A stretch of 64,000 nucleotides of DNA, taken from positions 8,024-72,023 of the IMG/VR virus record IMGVR_UViG_3300046011_007348, one strand, 5' to 3'. This document shows, piece after piece, positions 59,101 to 64,000 of this stretch. The notes below the pieces were generated by a model. That model saw only the letters and a list, made by a program, of their open reading frames with translations. It did not search any database and had not been told where the DNA came from. Both the position numbers and the translations under genes were made by a program. Numbering within the stretch: the stretch's first letter is position 1; the number at the start of each line of letters is the position of its first letter. Source of the DNA: a virus. Its lineage: Duplodnaviria > Caudoviricetes.

Positions 59101-60527
59101 ACTTTTTTAAAGTCCTGATATACTAAAGGAATAGTGCTATAGTCACCTATGCTTGCATTAGAATCTATAACATTTTTTATTGTTTTATTATATTTGCTTT
59201 GTGCTGTTTTAATTTTTCTAGATTGAGCTATAATATCTTCTAGAGACTTTGATTCAGTCTGAGGTTGATCAATTTTTTGGGCAGATTGCTTAGACGTTTT
59301 TATAGCTTCTTCCAATACGCTATCTATTTCTTGCCCTACTTCTATAACAGACTCAATAGCTTCTTTTACTTTTTGAGGTATTTCATTAAAAATAGATAAC
59401 TTTTTAAGCTCTTCTCTAGCAGTCCTATCAATCTCTTCAATAGGTACAGTTTCAGATTGTGGCTTAGGTTTTTTGGGCTTTTGAGGAAGTGGATCAAGTG
59501 GTATTGGCTGAGCGGGATTATCGCTAGTTTTTGTTTTTTGCTTTGCCATTGCAGACTGAACAATGCCTGCCATTTTCAGTCCAGTATTTATAGCCAGTCC
59601 GGTTGCAATAGACTGGAAAGCTTGCCCAGGTGTAGAAAAGGTTTCTTGAGGTGTTTTGGTGTCACAAGGGGGAATACACGTTTTGTTATTCTGTGTTGGG
59701 GGAGTATCTTGCTTAGTTTTACTTATGGGCTTTACATTTACTCCCATCATTTTAGAAAATGAATTTCCCATTTTCTGTCCCATGTTTTCCATGTTTAGCC
59801 CCATAGTTTCACCCAAGGACTTTCTGAAACCAGAGGACAATTCTTTACCAAAATCATTGGTAAATCCCTCAAAAAAACCTGTCAATAAGTCTTGCCCTGG
59901 CTTTAAAACAACCTCTATTGCCTTTGATGCTACTTCAGCTTTGGAATCATCAGCAGCGCCAGAAAATCCATCCTTGACTTCTTTAACAAGATCTTCAATA
60001 CTTCTACCTGTCCCTGGAGAAGCTGATGAATCTGTCTTAACATCTGCTTTGGAAGCTCCACTAGAAACAGATTTTTCTACAATTTTTTCTATTAAATCGC
60101 CAGATTGTTCTATCCCTCTCTGCATCCCCGCTTTAAAACCCCTTTCTACTGCGGATGCTACCTGATCTTCTATGTCGTTTTCATTACTTAAACTTTTATA
60201 TTTATATTCAATTTCAATGGTATGTTTTTTAGTGGTTTTATGCAGTAATTCATTCAAATCCGTCAGAAGCGAATCATCCACAGAAACCGTAACAGGATTT
60301 TGCTTAAAAAACTCATTTACCTTTTTTAAATGCTTGACTTTAGAATCTAAATGCTTATTTAAATTAGTTAGCTCAGAATCATCAACACCAATTGACAAAT
60401 TAGATGAAAAAGCAGATTCCATCTGCTTTACAGCATCTAAGGCACCCTTTTTTGCCGCAGCAAGATTTCTGTTAAATTCATCTGTGTCTAGGGATAATTC
60501 AACTATTAACTCACCTAAGTTAGCCAT
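47166..60527 (-). CDS. Giant tape measure protein with M23 and M15B/VanY peptidase domains
   Basis: MANLGELIVELSLD start; tape-measure motif SKGKISMEELRQQLGERFP; HAGRD..HLHFE; SGFRS..APPGYSEHHTG..EPWHW; FASGG-type C-terminus. Confidence 0.92.
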   Translation of the reverse strand: MANLGELIVELSLDTDEFNRNLAAAKKGALDAVKQMESAFSSNLSIGVDDSELTNLNKHLDSKVKHLKKVNEFFKQNPVTVSVDDSLLTDLNELLHKTTKKHTIEIEYKYKSLSNENDIEDQVASAVERGFKAGMQRGIEQSGDLIEKIVEKSVSSGASKADVKTDSSASPGTGRSIEDLVKEVKDGFSGAADDSKAEVASKAIEVVLKPGQDLLTGFFEGFTNDFGKELSSGFRKSLGETMGLNMENMGQKMGNSFSKMMGVNVKPISKTKQDTPPTQNNKTCIPPCDTKTPQETFSTPGQAFQSIATGLAINTGLKMAGIVQSAMAKQKTKTSDNPAQPIPLDPLPQKPKKPKPQSETVPIEEIDRTAREELKKLSIFNEIPQKVKEAIESVIEVGQEIDSVLEEAIKTSKQSAQKIDQPQTESKSLEDIIAQSRKIKTAQSKYNKTIKNVIDSNASIGDYSTIPLVYQDFKKVSSDSRKAVEKLMAEAKSLNATPQQINEIAQAKSPISAGEKSVKQEVSKSYLKVKKEADLIAKANQEGIQTNSSAFKTLGEEEAKKYIVAFKKILGISSPSKVFISIGAAIAAGLAIGLVTNKINVKKAADEVISTVKDTTEQGAESLDSLIENAVDDKNKAYATKVKQVFKNSRKGSKGSNELSQDIGSFLIANSKILSTVLPALGRKPTSVEQNIPMSHLGKFYRGNTDVIKFNDKNSLSPIIDAVSVFLADKGKQQSGYGYLGAFDSESKFANSSKKLEFDLLLKDLRSLQLTLGGFGVVKTKTGINAVDVYDWAGAKSKQKRSFPEGVTIPLPASINSKLISLLDKFPAIAKSLNLQKDDLGGYTRHTNLGKTRKQIETEAIARKEVLLESDGRHVNVTKSNLSAMSDKEFKRRTSGLISINPSGGIKVSDSLHDIIGGQSYVQQRQVPLKKERELKRLYSKIYKQLEKENKPINEETVFTHPDFLNYMYGDKAKQKSKSRFRQKSRSKPLQDEERLNNGVEEQLDNDMFSMLKNFDLKGVGNVLLSMISNQFLAVLPTGFKNIFSKIGQVIPKGILSIMPQGIFSKLGGNLLKGISGIIPQGLPKTFLKIGFNLVEGFLNGFSNFGSKSKVISESFFSLVKSVKKVLRISSPSLIMKGVGLDFGKGFEDGATASLVYSFHRISQEYKKFVDKEMNNPALTKYSKGMLARSKKKIDADLKDFAKSYKQGNFGSEAEAMDYLRSKVMKPNKDTMHYLGFSKKQQNQIAKAAKSDFDVLMNYDKNAPELRYQNILPLIRNSSKKVSTLLLASHKISEEYKKRIDELMNTPGISQSQKSLYAAQKNLIDKKLQKFVADVSSGRMTDKEIQQSILNAYKFSRKKAQSVNVGFGTVSSIVKESGSAVATSKQSVFKQLFDSIVDGFSSTSGQGVGIFSLGGYLRKAVGKSLQNMIEKNFMDTGRMNALSSLGLFKMAPKLFEMVTGGSANLTNLLPLLAPLLPGLIGDKAGKIGQFASNLLKNNNIFQPGGLLPSVIKSVTGIDLGREDKMGDKGGQAFGISKLFRLFIGSENPFFKTLSSIPFLAQAGRKVAGFASSVYGDKLPALGENVPRENLTQTLQNQIKTNISSIGIEGTGAKDLARQVLRTLFDSFTIKNPGNSNLLRGILEKNSKIVNSIRDFLINKIVDSGMLSATNGLGGRAVRIANAYASGNVEGAVNMTARTAQQLFKTSGLQNVAATMGIKIDTAQVKMAITALLLGISAFHKAFTQEGLNIGKAIIKGFNEAVANWKNVGSDVKREVRKALGAENPKEIWDQIVTQWKRGIVVPKNVFKDFWNAIGAQFKRDKMKNFAPDEREDIQKNMLSFIVSAASVFAPITTFATTLLPLVTPLLPLFGAIGGAVFMVRNQIQSLVKAMLELEPLQRRLNFLGGSKEGGKAELNYAMNTAKALNVPAKAATQAYSQIAIAARGTKLEGEGARDLFEGISASLGALGISGQDAELVFMAYTQMLSKGKISMEELRQQLGERFPPAMGIFAKALDISIPQLIEMSSAGSLLAEEVLPKVAKQLKIDYSGAAKGAEGFSISLTRLQNIGMEMSIKLVNAFGGLFSFVVDIFSNIASAINAILDDIIKIFSSFVIGVTATLGVGLVFLLKMNPVKTFLMNISGLLTAGIAALMGALGPFFLGILADVLDDFLGAQKTLMQNMYEGVSNGILWFLSSLDSVKRKITGKGLFDTIVGKPSENPFKSFIDGIGNITKVIPSGVIELLALVLMFEQLITLTKHFGMPMFKGLLQGLNGIRVSLVGMKNEAISPKGIQSLFTNTFDLSAQVESKQRSPIGTRLQDEIAYAFYSAKTTIATQMKGLWASFTGFFKQLPATIGASAIFGGFIDGISATKAAFAGFMANITAGFKAGFWQGIGASFVGLFQLVGNGFKGLKAALNFAWTQGVVGGLNAIGASLTSLGKTITSVGIIKAFTLLFSSDGMLASSARAAWGQALSQMLAGLMKSLKSLAKIGIEAGIALAFMFLARSDFSNPMQKSISEMARSVNGALGSISNSLAKVDEASKVNQKSSKELAKGYKNVADSIPSKGLQLDIFYVFGMKEEGYTTDDFVKNVNKALRGEIDKNSLGLMEYNKYEEIVAQREGENRRRGLDKNINTGFGGEYATDKISPKQKAILKKYDIKGLVSDTDYDITLGVKQVIDNLDYFDSVLQSSKKEFGNLGLTKETQNKYKARVKDVADRLKQIDIEVLGLSVEKSKATQQNTPESKKRAADLSKQIVQRLALRKELAKDVEANANSANVLLEEAKKLEDAAKTVPAPVRGAYLQIAKEMKDFAQEAKQIIEKSVPVNPLEQVYKDTLSALNRFQAAYDRFSANIDRSTALREERIYSSGANPGDVDYATRRSGIISQEQRVSGLSRLFTMRKAALDLLSTIPDSNLNTEAKDKITELRKQTQDDATSLATARSSLAKSRYDLKESLRQQQKQVDDYVRSVTKEIDQGRLEIKKANQEIQNANFKTKINEALTGLGDTEFTRYIDGLVSIIEQLNQTALSQIDTERTSLDFKNRIKDSQIEARELIRTLPSGKDIIGVTEDIESDMKQAFTQSSKELEALINAVRASAAKVTQQTQQTVKESGEANKNTEKLNENMVKANESVSNMNVSLQQTVDLLERSAGIKIDPYSNATPAPSTPTNNSSTSSNSSNSNGVQGVFSSLFSFFGASQNPPSSVSSFVHPHPNRGRTVPGGHFGDPRPGRRHAGRDFAGQIGEPIVSSLPGIVKIAKTQGAYGKVIYIEHTTPDNKKLETRYAHLSEMLVRVGDVVQAGQQIGKLGNTGVGTGPHLHFEIRVNGRAIDPTPFITGQTPISAVVPSASARAGSASNTTSSNNESKYGHLAYNEAPLKELSPITTDGKIKLRQIAAEKFEYMARRAKEEGVVLVPISGFRSIQQQRQLFFGVAAQRNQTPEQRAKVSAPPGYSEHHTGYAVDIGDKAAPGTNLNSTFEKTKAFSWLQSNAARFGFELSFPQNNRQGIDYEPWHWRFVGDSDSMKTFQRARSYNPETANTGAANTGSTSPSAGVNTGAIADSQKQREEILKQQDEANKKRAEALRKQNEASVIRNLDNFFKNTKKTIRESRDSTNSLVRSFSDILNEYSPDKLPDPLTPESIKLTDTLNKLNDTRQDIQERLNSLRQSFVKGTDGKLTDTLALFNPLRKGLEQITDVKQREKYLDRLNKDEQRLASRFKVDIATLDTTLKSIDVQKKEIEERIKLTKAMSRLRREYENRSKIRDSDNVLRQAELDISQKGREIGEYSGGKIKFQEQVDPKFSIKRVGTIDFTTPEQQKGYLEEIFQKQKTEGQRLDKEVLRLQEIYPKAIQMTDSDIKQYNIDVDKLHSDIPKFNQSIKENAKLVDELKGLRLIEELKKPTANPNEPRFNNLTELMKPRSKFGFGGMDEYKLEGNTYFPVTQDSQIQNSFAEGLMPFNQMQLLNIRSVPELQFEERKLQIEDALSQYELNTKELVAKGLLTSVDAEARIEKYREITRIKRIQNQSQLEIDKANETKTEVDRRFERRDLMNSVDYNFSKSEFASRRYEIEKATALREAQINASVLLNEEQRTDLVRKNQEMQTKLMTDLTKDIKQTVIAMKQETAQTRLNIYRDKGGNQFQINAEQRRMDEERLKKEKQDELDKAKKEKEGGDIDDKEYEERTKEIEEKYKAKLEESKNAAKDVVSTIRQMVRDSLINDLSAGLTDVIMGVQKLDDVLNNLAKNMLNGLINIAIKSLMQSLVGAGGILDSLFKSIGGIFGGNSGGEVPSANDGGEVSSQYKGGVIKNYAGGGIIQSLNEAIVREKAANGGITPVVAVLTPGERVLSVADNAKFQSMGLDKAIKNNNIESVMNYAMGGNVSNSELKVRNIMNFASGGVIPPSPGLGNINQPTTNTTVNVPITIESQDGDKSPSIDPNAMQSAIKTAVIVEIQRQQRQGGILKR

Positions 60528-60560
60528 AATTTTACCAATTATATATATACAATGTTGCCA

Positions 60561-60589
60561 AAATAAAAGCTGTTTATTAATAAACAGCT
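60561..60589 (-). terminator. Terminator after thymidylate synthase-like gene
   Basis: Perfect 22-bp palindrome AGCTGTTTATTAATAAACAGCT (60568-60589) followed by TTTATTT on minus strand. Confidence 0.6.
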
Positions 60590-60603
60590 AATGGCATAAT
60601 AAG

Positions 60604-62007
60604 TTAAAACTGGCAATAAACAGCCCCTGACGCTAGCGCCACTTCCGCTTTATGTAGTTCAATGCCAAGATAGGCCGCATGTTCTGCTAATATGCTGGGA
60701 TTATCTGCAAGTATCTTGTCACACAGTTTAGATGAAGACTTGCCTGAGTATTTTTTTACCTCTTCCCCACACTTGGTAAATTGAGTGACAACTATTATGC
60801 CATCATCAATTTGTATAACAAAATTGCCAACAGCATCTCTAAAAGCTTTTTTGTCATACAAAGACTGATAATGAGACAAAACAATATCGTCAGCAGCATT
60901 CCAACAGTCTTCATAAATATGCGCACTTTGACTAATAACTGTTAACGCACCTATGTCTAAGTTTGGGTAAGTACTTGATAACTTGTTAAAAATGTAATAT
61001 TGCAATGAGCGCAGTCCCATAGCGTTAGACACCCAAGCAGAAAACATATCATTGCTTCTAAGTGTAGCTGTCATGCATAACTCATTGTTGTAAATTTTCA
61101 CCCAAATATGATTCAAGCAAGGTGGTGACTGAGAAAAAATATCAGTAGTAGCGTCCCAAAGATTAATCACTAATCTGTTAGAGATTTGACTTGTTTTAAG
61201 CATGTTAATAACATTTTCAGTCTGATTAACACCAAAATACTCATTAATCCTAGTTCCATAGCTGTTGCTATTATCACCAATGCATAATATTTGCTGCACA
61301 TATTTGTTTACAAACTCTTTGTTTGTGGGTAAATAGTTTGGTTCTGGGAATATTAATTCTTCTGGCTCATCAGTGATAATTGTCATTAAATTCAATATTT
61401 CTTGCCAATAAATACCACTAGAACTTATGCTTATTTTGCCTGTATTTCTAATTCTATGAAGAATTTTAACCCAAGCCTGGTGGATGTAATTTGCCTCTAT
61501 TCTGTGTCCATTTAACTCTCCCGGACATATTATTGTTGTTGCTTTCTGCTCTGGGAAAGTCATTGGATTACTCCAAGGATTCAACTCTATCTTGAAAACA
61601 GCATCAACAAAATTTTTGAGTCTATAAATATCTTCAAAAGCATAGGCATGGACATTGTTCCTGACTCTGTTGAGAACATCTTCTGGTATCTCAATGTCTA
61701 TGTAACCAAATCGATTAGATTTGATTACCCAGGCATCTCTCCCCGTATTGGTTTTACCAGCAGTAAATCCAAAAGTAAAAAAGTCTAGTAAGCACTCTAC
61801 TGAACCAGCGTTTTTATCAAACTCAGAACAATTAAGTAACAGCAAGTATCTGATGTTAGGATTAGCCAGTAGATTACGGATTAATATATTTATGCCTGGC
61901 GTGCATGAATACAATTGCTTCATCACATAGTAAGAATCAGCCGGAATATGTTTTGCGAGTTTAGCCACTGGTGTCCAACCAGTGGCAATAGCTATAGTTT
62001 TGTTCAT
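60604..62007 (-). CDS. Thymidylate synthase-like protein with N-terminal MtrA-like and C-terminal DUF4346-like domains
   Basis: SPPCL, LRSNDMFSAWVSN, SAHIYE; RNLLANPNIR; DAVGNF..HAAYLGIELHKAE. Confidence 0.85.
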   Translation of the reverse strand: MNKTIAIATGWTPVAKLAKHIPADSYYVMKQLYSCTPGINILIRNLLANPNIRYLLLLNCSEFDKNAGSVECLLDFFTFGFTAGKTNTGRDAWVIKSNRFGYIDIEIPEDVLNRVRNNVHAYAFEDIYRLKNFVDAVFKIELNPWSNPMTFPEQKATTIICPGELNGHRIEANYIHQAWVKILHRIRNTGKISISSSGIYWQEILNLMTIITDEPEELIFPEPNYLPTNKEFVNKYVQQILCIGDNSNSYGTRINEYFGVNQTENVINMLKTSQISNRLVINLWDATTDIFSQSPPCLNHIWVKIYNNELCMTATLRSNDMFSAWVSNAMGLRSLQYYIFNKLSSTYPNLDIGALTVISQSAHIYEDCWNAADDIVLSHYQSLYDKKAFRDAVGNFVIQIDDGIIVVTQFTKCGEEVKKYSGKSSSKLCDKILADNPSILAEHAAYLGIELHKAEVALASGAVYCQF

Positions 62008-62633
62008 GCTGTTATGTTATGGATTGGCATTACACATCTAGACTGATTATCAACTAAAGCAGTGGGGCATCTCCACCCCCATTCTCTGCACTTATAATCA
62101 TACTTAAAGATTCTAGTGTCTTTCTCTAAGTAAACGTATGGAACTGGTTTACACAACTTGTCATCTTTCCATAAATGATAATCATTTTCAACTTCTTGAA
62201 TTAGCCAGGATTTAACGCCAGAATAAGCAAACGTTTTATATTTACCAATGGATTGCATTGTTTGTAGAATGTCTTCTACTTCTTGGATATTTCCCCTGCA
62301 ATACCATGTCAGACAAGATGTCACTCTCCATGGCTTGACGTTTGAAGCACTGGGAAATTCTTTAATCTCTTTAGCTTTAATCTCGTAAAAAGGACTACTT
62401 GTTTTGTAGTACCAGCTACTCTTGCTTTCAGATAAATATCCTATCTCAATAGGCATTTTTTCTTTAATAATAGCGATGCTAGTTTTTATATCGTCTTGAC
62501 TAGGATTTTGCTTTAAAATCCCGCAATTATACATAATCTGATAAGCTATCAATCCATCTAGCGCTGGAGTCCAATTATCGTTTAAAGCTATTACTTTTGA
62601 CAAAAAGGCAACTATTTTTATGTTAGAGTACAT
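62004..62633 (-). CDS. csf3: Orphan type IV CRISPR Csf3 (Cas5)-like RAMP protein, degenerate
   Basis: IKIVAFL..WTPALDGL..WYYKTSSP..TWYCRGN..IGKYK...V.SW..HLW..L.KPVP..WGWRCP..CVMP matches the recalled Csf3 pattern. Confidence 0.7.
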   Translation of the reverse strand: MYSNIKIVAFLSKVIALNDNWTPALDGLIAYQIMYNCGILKQNPSQDDIKTSIAIIKEKMPIEIGYLSESKSSWYYKTSSPFYEIKAKEIKEFPSASNVKPWRVTSCLTWYCRGNIQEVEDILQTMQSIGKYKTFAYSGVKSWLIQEVENDYHLWKDDKLCKPVPYVYLEKDTRIFKYDYKCREWGWRCPTALVDNQSRCVMPIHNITA

Positions 62634-62656
62634 GTCTAGTCCTGTAATTTTAACTA

Positions 62657-63310
62657 ATGGATAGCAACTATCAAGAAATTTTAGAAGCAGCTCAGTATTG
62701 CTCTAAAGTCTATGACGCTATGACTATTATAAGCAATACCACAGATACAGAAGTGCTTGTAGCTGACAATCCACAAAAACTAATTATATCGTTTAGCGGA
62801 AGTGAATCAGTAGTTGACTGGAAACAAAATTTGGACTTTAAGCTAGTAAACTATTATAAACAAGCAAAAGTTCATTCTGGTTTTTTAGAGTGTTTTGAGT
62901 CTGTCAAACATCAAGTATTTGAGTTGTTGACAGACAAACCTATCTGTTGCGTAGGACATAGTTTAGGCGGTGCTATAGCCACAATCATGGCAACTTACAT
63001 TAAGTCTGTTTATCCGCAACGGCTTGTAACAAGCGTAACTTTTGGAAGTCCTAAGCCAGGAAATCAAGAATTTGCTGAATTATATCAATCCCTAAATATT
63101 CCAACATACAGAATTGTCAACTCCATTGATATAGTTCCTTCACTTCCGAGGTGGTGGCAAGGACAATACAAGCATGTTTGTGAGCCTAAATATATTGGCA
63201 CCAACATCAATAAATCTCAACAATTACTTAATGCTGATAAAATTAAGAGCCACTACATATCTAGTTACGTAGCGACTCTTAATGAATTAGTTCAAACTAA
63301 TAAGATATAA
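62657..63310 (+). CDS. Lipase class 3 family protein
   Basis: ISFSGS, VHSGF, GHSLGG, TFGSP, DIVPSLP, C-terminal His. Confidence 0.93.
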   Translation: MDSNYQEILEAAQYCSKVYDAMTIISNTTDTEVLVADNPQKLIISFSGSESVVDWKQNLDFKLVNYYKQAKVHSGFLECFESVKHQVFELLTDKPICCVGHSLGGAIATIMATYIKSVYPQRLVTSVTFGSPKPGNQEFAELYQSLNIPTYRIVNSIDIVPSLPRWWQGQYKHVCEPKYIGTNINKSQQLLNADKIKSHYISSYVATLNELVQTNKI

Positions 63311-63815
63311 ACGGTATTGGGTTTATTAACTTTTCCACCGATTCTTTCATTTTTCTGTACTCTCTATACTGCTGAGAGTTTGGCTGACTAGAGTACAAAT
63401 TAACCAATCTTTGCAGGTGCGGCACAGCATCTTTGTATCGTTTCTTAACTGTGTAGTGCTGAGCTACAAGCAGATTTCCCACCTCTGAGTTTTTATCAAC
63501 AAACAGTGTCATAAATGCATCTGCTATAGACAAGTTGTAATACCCGCCAACTTGGTAAGCTAATGCTCTAGCTTCTAATAATCTCGGATGAGTTGGGGAG
63601 ATTTTCAACGCAGCTGACAAGTCAGCAATAGCATTTTCAGTTAATCCCATTTGGCTATAAAGCATTCCCCTACCCAGAAGACTAGTTACGTCTTTTGGAT
63701 TTTTTTTAATCAGTATTGTGTACTGATTAATTAACTCAATGTTTCTAGGCTGCTGTGCTGCTACAGGATTTAGTAGCATTGCTGATAAAACAGCAGTTAA
63801 AAATATTTTTTTCAT
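63297..63815 (-). CDS. Secreted TPR protein
   Basis: Signal peptide MKKIFLTAVLSAMLLNPVAA; TPR consensus (RGMLY..G..AIADLSAALKISP). Confidence 0.8.
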   Translation of the reverse strand: MKKIFLTAVLSAMLLNPVAAQQPRNIELINQYTILIKKNPKDVTSLLGRGMLYSQMGLTENAIADLSAALKISPTHPRLLEARALAYQVGGYYNLSIADAFMTLFVDKNSEVGNLLVAQHYTVKKRYKDAVPHLQRLVNLYSSQPNSQQYREYRKMKESVEKLINPIPFISY

Positions 63816-63879
63816 GATTCAGTAAAAATCGTCATAAATATTGTAACACGAGATTCTAGCACACAAACTCAACATCAGG

Positions 63880-63987
63880 ATGGTATACAAAACCGAGATA
63901 GAGGCAAGGTATGTGTTGCCACATGGAGTAACAATGCAATCACCAGAGTTTGAGAGCTGGTGTAGAGAGTGGAGAGTTTTGCTGTAA
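63880..63987 (+). CDS. Possible 35-aa ORF
   Basis: MVYKTEIEARYVLPHGV...; short, no family evidence. Confidence 0.3.
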   Translation: MVYKTEIEARYVLPHGVTMQSPEFESWCREWRVLL

Positions 63988-64000
63988 AGCACTTTTGCAT

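Noticed and set aside
47638-60591. Many plus-strand ORFs opposite the tape measure gene (and similar shadows elsewhere)
   Set aside because: Antisense shadows without RBS or recognisable motifs
1-64000. CRISPR array, tRNA or rRNA genes
   Set aside because: No repeat-spacer series or structural RNA gene recognised; intergenic gaps are mostly too short

Overview
AT-rich 64-kb segment of a tailed dsDNA phage genome or phage-plasmid with a lambda-like non-contractile tail. The host is most likely a cyanobacterium, inferred from the cyanobacterial-looking DnaN, SigF-like sigma factor, dCTP deaminase and VanY/M15A domains. Contents: replication/recombination genes (initiator-like protein, DnaB, ERF, DnaN, SF2 helicase); head genes (TerL, portal, protease, major capsid, adaptors); three paralogous tail-tube genes; a G/GT chaperone frameshift; lambda M/L/K/I/J-like tail-tip genes; a 4453-aa tape measure with two peptidoglycan peptidase domains; an endolysin; and nucleotide-metabolism genes. 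Structural modules are scrambled across both strands. Best candidate for an undescribed system: a regulator + membrane protein + FtsK/SpoIIIE operon (41647-45723), bracketed by inverted arrays of an 11-bp-phased repeat and containing a putative SD-stimulated -1 frameshift that adds a membrane anchor to a DNA-binding protein. It may be a DNA spreading or segregation machine. Also notable: a sigma factor fused to an IS1-InsA-like Zn-ribbon/HTH with a candidate cognate promoter motif (TGGCAAC), an orphan degenerate Csf3/Cas5-like gene, a stand-alone ~140-nt transcript with a CRISPR-repeat-like hairpin, and a circularly permuted HK97-gp10-like protein. All family calls come from motif recognition by eye; no database searches were run.
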